DNA of 53,092 nt, taken from the UHGV virus genome UHGV-0147375; one strand, 5' to 3'. Position 1 is the first letter of the stretch; each line of letters starts with the position of its first letter. A model generated the notes under the pieces. It saw only the letters and a list, made by a program, of their open reading frames with translations, was not told the DNA's origin and made no database searches. This DNA comes from a virus. Shown here piece after piece: positions 47,122 through 53,092 of the stretch. The position numbers and the translations under genes are program-made.

Positions 47122-47550
47122 CTAATTTTCGATAAAACGATAAAACATTTTCTTTACACTATCCTCAGTATTGCCGCCAACCCTTCTTGCAACATCAGCC
47201 CAAGAAAGACCATCAATAAATCTAAGGCGGATAATTCGCCTCATGCGGCTATCGTTTATATCCGCTATAAACGCTTCGACTTTATTTATTGTTTCCAACA
47301 ACTCTAATTCAAGTTCGCATAATGTTGCTTTCCTTGAATAAAGCAGCGCTTTCTTTCTGTTATATTCTGGATAGGGGAAGCCTTCAATGACAAATGTTTC
47401 CAAGCCGCCAACACCGCCAGATACTTTGTCAAGAACCGTTCCTTCCTGCTCAATTTTTATAATCTGCCGCTCAAGAATTGATATCTTTTCTCTTACCTCG
47501 GCACATTCTTGTTGGAGGTCTGTGTATTGTTTCAATATTTCCTTTGTCAA
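47122..47550 (-). CDS. RinA/ArpU-like sigma4-type transcriptional regulator
   Basis: RRIIRLRFIDGLSWADVARRVG HTH. Confidence 0.75.
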   Translation of the reverse strand: MTKEILKQYTDLQQECAEVREKISILERQIIKIEQEGTVLDKVSGGVGGLETFVIEGFPYPEYNRKKALLYSRKATLCELELELLETINKVEAFIADINDSRMRRIIRLRFIDGLSWADVARRVGGNTEDSVKKMFYRFIEN

Positions 47551-49721
47551 TAATATACGCCTCCTCTAAACGGATTTCTGGTTGCCTCTACCTTCGCAAT
47601 CCTGTTTCCCTTTGTGATTCTTACCGCAAAGTTAGAAAAAACGTCTGGAACGTCATCCAACTGTTTTTTTCCGCTTGCAGAATATCGTTTCAAAAGTGAC
47701 ATCATTACGCCGTATGGCTCTTTCGGGGAATACATGGATTCATCCTTGAAAATAACGTGCTGCAATATCCAGTTGGAACACTGGAATATCCTTGCCTCTT
47801 TGTTCGTTTCGGTGGGCGTATCTGTAATATTGCAAATCCAACCCTTAGCCTCTACACGTTTATTCACTTCCATAGCAACCCTATCTCCGCCTGCATTTCG
47901 CTCAAATTCGCACTCCTGCACTTTGTTATTCGCCAAAGCGTTAGCCGCATTTTCATACTGCATTTCATAGTCCGCAGTATTATCGCACACGCAATCAACG
48001 CAGTAATAGTCATCTCCGTATTTTTGCAGGATTGGCAGAACAAAATAGTCCGTTCCTTTTCCTTTCGTGTCGCACTGTGAAGTAATAATTTCTGGTTCGC
48101 CATGTGGGAGATTTAGGTACCTTCGTATCTTATATTCGGGGAAAACCAACCCCTCACGCTCAATGGGTTCCTGCTTATACAGGCAGCGGTACGAAATATC
48201 GTCCATCAACAGCTGCTGGTCTTCAAAAAATTCTTTTGTGAACCCAGAAAATTCATAATCAAAATTGCTTTCTTCGGTAATCGGGTCAATATCTGGCACA
48301 GCTATTGTTTTTACTCTCGGATTTCCTTCATACATATTTTGGATACGTCCGATAACATCATGCACAGACCATCTTGTAGCAATATGTATTTCCTTGCAGT
48401 TTTTACCTTCGGAATCCTGTATTTTTCTCTGCCTCGCATCAACAGCGTATTTATTCCATAGCTTATCAAGGATAATTGGGTTCATAGCCTCCTCAATGCC
48501 GCCTATCATATCATCAACCAGAAGAAACTTCGATGCTCTTACCTTACCGGCGTTTTTACTTCCTACGGATGTGCATTGTACAGAAGGGAACGGCTTATAC
48601 TTCCCGACATTGAACTGTTCTGTCTTTGCGTTTGTGCCGGTAACGTGTAGGTTCGGAAATATCTCGTTCCATGCGTAATCGTCCGTGTTCGTGACAATAT
48701 CGTATACGCCGTCATAATACATTCTCGTAATATCCCCACTGTGAGAATAAAAGAGGTTAAAATCTTTCGGAAACCAACCAATGACCGCCGCATGGAAAAA
48801 TTTTTCGATAGTGGTATTATGAGTAATAATGTAATCATCTGTTATATATAAATGGCAATCATCATCAATCATAATGCACTGGCATTCTTCTTTTCCTATG
48901 TATTTGATTGCACCAACTCTTAGGTAAAAAGTGTTCACGCATCTAGCAGAAGTAATAGGAATTAAATATTTATAACTGTTACCTATCATTTCTTTTAATT
49001 CAACAACCTTGTCTTTTGTCTTGTTACCAAAGTAGTTATGTCTTACCTTCCATAAATGTTCTGAAGAGCACCGGCACTTTGAACCATCTTCTAGTGTAAT
49101 CTCGTACACATCTTTTTTACCCTGTGGATAAACACCAACCACATTTGCAACGTTTCCATTTCCAGCTATTACTTTTGTTCCGACTTTTACGTCTTTCATC
49201 TGAACAAACCCTGTTGGAGTTAAAACCTTTGAATATAATGGTTGTGCTTTCCCAGTTCCGGGCGGCATGGATATGCACAGAATATCGTACTTGTCATCTA
49301 TCATGCCCTGTAGCGCATCAACAAGTTCTATTTTCAAGAACTGTTTTCTCTTTGGCATATAAAATCGTTCTTTCGGCTCTCTTTTGTATTCGATATACCG
49401 AAAGAAACTATCGACAACCTTATTCTGTGCCTCTATAAGCAAGATGGAATAAAATTTCTCTATAATTTCATAGCTTACTTTTTCTTTGAAGGAGTATTTT
49501 TCCAAATCCCAAATTGTACCGCCAGAAGTAGTAACACAAAATGTTTCAATGATTTCCTTACACCTTTTTGAGATTTTAAGCCCGTACTCAATATCCTTCT
49601 CGTTTACAACAGCGGTTTTGACAGCTTCGCAATACGCATCAATAACTCGCTCATTGATTCCATTTGTTTTTATATATTCTTCGTATTCCTGTACGGCACT
49701 CATCAATTCAAAACTTGCCAT
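47547..49721 (-). CDS. terL: Terminase large subunit, intein-containing
   Basis: Walker A PPGTGK|T split by intein, LLVDD Walker B, ATRW, nuclease D..DDVPD. Confidence 0.92.
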   Translation of the reverse strand: MASFELMSAVQEYEEYIKTNGINERVIDAYCEAVKTAVVNEKDIEYGLKISKRCKEIIETFCVTTSGGTIWDLEKYSFKEKVSYEIIEKFYSILLIEAQNKVVDSFFRYIEYKREPKERFYMPKRKQFLKIELVDALQGMIDDKYDILCISMPPGTGKAQPLYSKVLTPTGFVQMKDVKVGTKVIAGNGNVANVVGVYPQGKKDVYEITLEDGSKCRCSSEHLWKVRHNYFGNKTKDKVVELKEMIGNSYKYLIPITSARCVNTFYLRVGAIKYIGKEECQCIMIDDDCHLYITDDYIITHNTTIEKFFHAAVIGWFPKDFNLFYSHSGDITRMYYDGVYDIVTNTDDYAWNEIFPNLHVTGTNAKTEQFNVGKYKPFPSVQCTSVGSKNAGKVRASKFLLVDDMIGGIEEAMNPIILDKLWNKYAVDARQRKIQDSEGKNCKEIHIATRWSVHDVIGRIQNMYEGNPRVKTIAVPDIDPITEESNFDYEFSGFTKEFFEDQQLLMDDISYRCLYKQEPIEREGLVFPEYKIRRYLNLPHGEPEIITSQCDTKGKGTDYFVLPILQKYGDDYYCVDCVCDNTADYEMQYENAANALANNKVQECEFERNAGGDRVAMEVNKRVEAKGWICNITDTPTETNKEARIFQCSNWILQHVIFKDESMYSPKEPYGVMMSLLKRYSASGKKQLDDVPDVFSNFAVRITKGNRIAKVEATRNPFRGGVYY
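48816..49247 (-). mobile_element. Mini-intein (144 aa), Ala1, class-3 WCT signature
   Basis: AQPLYSKVLTPTG...SEHLW...CQCIMID...IITHN followed by extein Thr; no homing endonuclease. Confidence 0.9.
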
Positions 49722-49825
49722 TAAAAAAAGCACCTCCGCTCAAATAAGCAAAGGTGCAAAAATCCTTTGCCCTCAGATGTTTAGGGTTAGCGGCTAACTT
49801 CCAAGTTGTTAGTCGGTAATTGTTT

Positions 49826-50128
49826 TTAGTTTATGTCTGCAATGGTTTCCACAAAGCAGTTATAGTAAATATATCTTTTCCCGTCAAAATCAAATTTAAC
49901 ATAACCGCCGCTGGTGGTCTCGATATCAATTTTCCCTTCATAGGTTGCCATTTCCTTGCCATCTGCTGTATACACAGTAATGGTTCTCTGCAACCCTCCC
50001 GATATGTCGCTTTTAATATTTACAACTGCTCTGTCAATGGTTGAACAACCAGTTGCTCCAATTATTGTGCAAACCAAAATACAAGCGATTGCGAACAGAC
50101 GAATAATTCTTTTTTTCATGTGCATCAT
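49826..50128 (-). CDS. Putative lipoprotein
   Basis: Basic N-terminus, hydrophobic core, ATGC lipobox-like. Confidence 0.7.
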   Translation of the reverse strand: MMHMKKRIIRLFAIACILVCTIIGATGCSTIDRAVVNIKSDISGGLQRTITVYTADGKEMATYEGKIDIETTSGGYVKFDFDGKRYIYYNCFVETIADIN

Positions 50129-50175
50129 ACTCTCCTTCCTTGACGCAGTCAGTATGAATCGAACCTACAATTTCT

Positions 50176-50565
50176 TTAATCTTTCGGCACTAAATTGTTC
50201 TGCAATTTATTAAGAATGGCGTTATAAATGGCATTATAATTTGCAATTACATATTTTGCCGGAATTTCATAGGTCTTAATTCCGTATCTTAAAGCTACGC
50301 TTCTTTCAATCTCGCATCCGTTCCAGTCATGAAATTGACAAATGCCAATAAATACATCTGCTTGTGCCAATTTCTTAATGCTTTCTCCAAGATAGAATAT
50401 TGCTTCGTTATTTCCTTTAGGTGGATTGCCCTCAATATAACTATCAATCAATTCCAATTCTTCGCCTTCGTATATTTCTGCAATTTTCTTCATTTTCTGA
50501 ATGCTTGCTTTGATTTCTTCCTCTGTTCTGCCTTTCATCGGTACGCTTACGAATAATTTTTTCAT
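50176..50565 (-). CDS. Nucleoside deoxyribosyltransferase-like (DUF4406-type) protein
   Basis: KLFVSVPMKG...LAQAD...GCEIE..A motif. Confidence 0.6.
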   Translation of the reverse strand: MKKLFVSVPMKGRTEEEIKASIQKMKKIAEIYEGEELELIDSYIEGNPPKGNNEAIFYLGESIKKLAQADVFIGICQFHDWNGCEIERSVALRYGIKTYEIPAKYVIANYNAIYNAILNKLQNNLVPKD

Positions 50566-50584
50566 ATCATTTCCTCCGTTTATT

Positions 50585-50815
50585 TCAAATTCCCAAAAGA
50601 GATTTTAATGCAGTTACACACTCCTTGCGGGCTTCATTGTCTATGCAGTTTCCACATTTGTTATATCTACAAATAGATAAATTGCATTTCGTATTTTCGT
50701 GGGCGTTTCCGAATTTTTCAACAAACTCTCTGAAATGAACGCCGCTAATTTCAACGTTGCTCAGCGCATTATCAACGGCTTCTTCCGCCAATTCGTCAAA
50801 CGTTTTACTTTTCAT
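50585..50815 (-). CDS. Small Cys-containing hypothetical protein
   Basis: TAATG coupling with upstream ORF. Confidence 0.55.
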   Translation of the reverse strand: MKSKTFDELAEEAVDNALSNVEISGVHFREFVEKFGNAHENTKCNLSICRYNKCGNCIDNEARKECVTALKSLLGI

Positions 50816-51006
50816 TACCTAACATACCTTTCTTTCCTTCTCCACGCCTCATCATTGTACTTCTCAAGCCATTTGCACCGCTTAGCGATACATTTATGCT
50901 TATAAGCAAGCTCCTTGTTTAACGCCCCAGTATGAGCCTTACAGTGACAGTATCCTATGGCGTTCCCTATGTATTTACCTGTTATAGATTTCTCTCTCAT
51001 GGGCAA
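50815..51006 (-). CDS. Small Cys/His basic hypothetical protein
   Basis: GYCHCKAH...HKC...C. Confidence 0.55.
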   Translation of the reverse strand: MPMREKSITGKYIGNAIGYCHCKAHTGALNKELAYKHKCIAKRCKWLEKYNDEAWRRKERYVR

Positions 51007-51010
51007 ATTA

Positions 51011-51223
51011 TCATTTTTCTAACATTTCCTGTTGCTCGTCAGTGCCAAACAGTGTATCTGGAAACGGCTCTCCCTTTATGTGCATATTGAAATATTTTGA
51101 TGCTGTAGGGACGCTAATGCCGATATGCCTTGCTGCTTTGGACAGCGTCATGCGACCGTTACAAAAATCCTCAAACGCTTCAAAAAATTTTCTCTTGTTT
51201 ATGGTTTTTACGCCTTTCGCCAT
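51011..51223 (-). CDS. Small HTH protein
   Basis: MTLSKAARHIGISVPTASKY. Confidence 0.65.
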   Translation of the reverse strand: MAKGVKTINKRKFFEAFEDFCNGRMTLSKAARHIGISVPTASKYFNMHIKGEPFPDTLFGTDEQQEMLEK

Positions 51224-51372
51224 TGCAAACACCGCCTTTTTTATAAGAAATCCGAATAAACTGTGCATCCTCCGATAAGCAGAAAAGGCAACAACCAATC
51301 TGCTTATCGGCATTTTTTTAATTCAAGTGGGATTCATGCAACCAACACTCTATTCTGGTGCTACCAGACCTA

Positions 51373-51497
51373 TTAGATGGGCGTGGATTTGCACCACGCA
51401 TAAAAGACCTATCTCCCTGTGTCCCATTGGGAGTGCTTTCTTGGCATTATTATTCATAATGGGAACTCCAAGCGTATACCTATTCCGCCACCATCTA
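51373..51497 (-). ncRNA. tRNA-like element with expanded non-canonical central region
   Basis: Acceptor TAGATGG/CCATCTA, Leu/Ser-type D arm, T arm CGTGG-TGCAAAT-CCACG, about 70 nt replacing the anticodon/variable arms. Confidence 0.65.
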
Positions 51498-51655
51498 CCA
51501 TAATTCAAAATTGAATTATGCCATGTCTATTTGCAGGCTAATAACCCGGGGTAAGTCCGCTTTATCGCAGACCTAAAAGACTGCTTTCGACCACGCATTT
51601 TTGCAACGATTTTAACCCATAAGGTTGCGAGTAAGGTTTTCATCGTGAACCCAAT

Positions 51656-51747
51656 CGCCAACAGAGGGATTTGAACCCCCATGTCGGATTCTAACCGACA
51701 CAATGGTTTTCAAGACCACGCCGTTATAACCGTTTCGGTATGTTGGC
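51656..51747 (-). tRNA. tRNA-Ser(UGA)
   Basis: GCCAACA/TGTTGGC acceptor, loop CT-TGA-AA, long variable arm, TTCAAAT T loop, G73; no encoded CCA. Confidence 0.9.
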
Positions 51748-51974
51748 AGATGATGGGGATTTAAAAGACACCATCTCTAATAGTGAAATCCGAATCGACC
51801 TCACCTAAATCAAGTTTCTATCCAATCCCCATCATGATTTTTCAGTTTTGAGTTTAATGTCAGTCACGAAACCAGAAAAACGGACTGACAAGAAGGGGGC
51901 AAAAATTTGTATGGGGTGCGGTCAGTCAGCAAAATCAATGGGCGCGATAACCCACGATACCGAAAGACCGCAAG

Positions 51975-52048
51975 TGGATTCTCTCGGACTTGAACCGAGG
52001 ACCGTCCGGTTATGAGCCGGATGCTCTGACCAGCTGAGCTAAGAATCC
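51975..52048 (-). tRNA. tRNA with CAU anticodon, most like Ile2 (lysidine); elongator Met not excluded
   Basis: Full cloverleaf, TCCGG-CTCATAA-CCGGA arm, G1-C72 pair; no encoded CCA. Confidence 0.9.
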
Positions 52049-52229
52049 AGAGTGGGGCGTGATGCCGTTAAACGCCCCAGATATGAAGTTAGTGTTTGGT
52101 CTTGCTGCCAGTCCCAAAAGCATACAAGCCAAAAACCCACCGAGCCGTGCGATGGCTCTTAACAGGATTCCCCTAGTGGGTGAAAGGTCGTGTTATTCAT
52201 CTGGAAAAATGTACAAAGACCAGATGAAA

Positions 52230-52300
52230 AGCACCAGACGGGAATCGAACCCGTTTCCGCAGTTTGGAAAACTTCTGTTCTGCCATTAAACTACTGGTGC
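52230..52300 (-). tRNA. tRNA-Gly(UCC)
   Basis: GCACCAG/CTGGTGC acceptor, loop TT-TCC-AA, U73; one mismatch in anticodon stem. Confidence 0.85.
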
Positions 52301-52423
52301 ATGTATAAGACCCTGCGCCCGAAGGTCAGCGTCTGCAGCCGCCTTGTTTCTTGCCATAATCGCCGTACAGTCATGAACTAAACCACTCAAAGGCAAGCGC
52401 AACAAACAGGGTACATATCGGTA

Positions 52424-52648
52424 TTATTCCTTTGGCATGCGGAAAATATTGTTTCCAGAGAATGGCAATTCTTCGTATGCCGCGTGAAGTTCGTCAAAGA
52501 CTTCTTTTGCGCGTTCTATGGTTTTGTATGAGCCAAGTAAAGCAACTGTATGTCCTATGTCTCCAATAATTTCGTTCCGCTCGTTGATATAGATATAGCA
52601 TCCATATTCATCAACAGAACCCTTTCCTCTCTGGCTAATAATTCTCAT
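52424..52648 (-). CDS. Hypothetical phage protein
   Basis: MRIISQ family, paralog-like to 14921-15205. Confidence 0.6.
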   Translation of the reverse strand: MRIISQRGKGSVDEYGCYIYINERNEIIGDIGHTVALLGSYKTIERAKEVFDELHAAYEELPFSGNNIFRMPKE

Positions 52649-52653
52649 TCCAT

Positions 52654-52803
52654 TCACTCCTTCGGCTCAAAATAATCGCAGCCATAATCATATTCCGTAT
52701 AATCGGTGTAATAGTCGCTATTCTCGTTATTGCAAGTAAAAAGCAACTCACGGTCTATACTGGCATATCTGCACTTAGCACAACATTCTTTTTCATCATA
52801 CAT
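52654..52803 (-). CDS. Small Cys-rich protein (49 aa), not in ORF track
   Basis: MYDEKECCAKCRY...CNNENSDYYTDYTEYDYGCDYFEPKE. Confidence 0.55.
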   Translation of the reverse strand: MYDEKECCAKCRYASIDRELLFTCNNENSDYYTDYTEYDYGCDYFEPKE

Positions 52804-52819
52804 TTGCGACACCGCCCAC

Positions 52820-53071
52820 TCACTCTTTCAAAGTGTAATCTTCACAGTTATTATTTAGTCTGCAAAAATAGCCTTTATAGTGTGTCTGCTCCTCAACAAT
52901 GCAATATTCGCAGTCAGTACAGGTTTCATTTGGATGATACTTTGGTCTTGTAGGAGATTCTAACCTCTCAATCGTGTTTTTCAGGTCTTTGATTGTATCA
53001 TCTCGTAAACCAACTTCGAATTCTAAATCCTTAATTCTTCTAAACGGGTTTAAAGAAAGCATATTGTTCAC
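52820..53071 (-). CDS. Small protein with coiled coil and Cys cluster
   Basis: AAGGAG RBS; CTDCEYC...C...C. Confidence 0.6.
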   Translation of the reverse strand: MNNMLSLNPFRRIKDLEFEVGLRDDTIKDLKNTIERLESPTRPKYHPNETCTDCEYCIVEEQTHYKGYFCRLNNNCEDYTLKE

Positions 53072-53092
53072 TCCTTTGTGCAGATGGGGGCT

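Larger units (their letters stand above)
1..53092. mobile_element. Temperate siphovirus (phage/excised prophage) genome, probable Clostridia host
   Basis: Terminase, portal, capsid, tail, tape measure, lysis, integrase, repressor and replication modules all present; no host housekeeping genes; integrase followed by intact attP-like arm repeats; Firmicutes-type GGAGG RBSs and sigma-A promoters. Confidence 0.95.

Noticed and set aside
51975..52048. CAU tRNA as initiator fMet
   Set aside because: Has a paired G1-C72 and lacks three consecutive G-C pairs (GGG/CCC) in the anticodon stem
52059..52381. + strand ORFs 52059-52289 and 52190-52381
   Set aside because: Antisense to tRNA-Gly and hairpin modules, no RBS, against local transcription direction
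51500..52420. Hammerhead, twister or pistol ribozyme assignments
   Set aside because: Could not find complete conserved cores with correct stems by eye; left as unassigned structured RNA

Overview
The window looks like a complete or near-complete temperate siphovirus genome of a Firmicutes (probably Clostridia/Lachnospiraceae-type) host, linearised between the small terminase gene (left end) and the late operon (right end). Order: terS, accessory and immunity region (DUF4041/T5orf172 protein, two RHH-antisense-RNA-antirepressor cassettes, CI-like repressor with three operators), early recombination/replication operon (+ strand: SMC-like ATPase, RecT-like, MBL hydrolase, SSB, DNA methyltransferase, replication initiator, helicase loader), an HTH-Xis fusion, tyrosine integrase and attP-like repeats, a 3.5 kb operon of unknown function, then the - strand late genes (lysis, tail, head, portal, terL). 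Clear special features: (1) a complete diversity-generating retroelement (target with VR, hairpin, Avd, TR, RT) with adenine-specific TR/VR differences; (2) a 144-aa class-3-type mini-intein in the TerL Walker A motif; (3) three tRNAs plus a tRNA-like element inside a 1.15 kb hairpin-dense non-coding island; (4) two candidate -1 frameshifts in tail genes. The best candidates for undescribed biology are the Cys/Gly-rich membrane-protein operon beside attP, the ncRNA island, and a 16-bp inverted repeat linking the integrase leader to the far side of attP. All protein calls come from motif recognition and gene order, not database searches.
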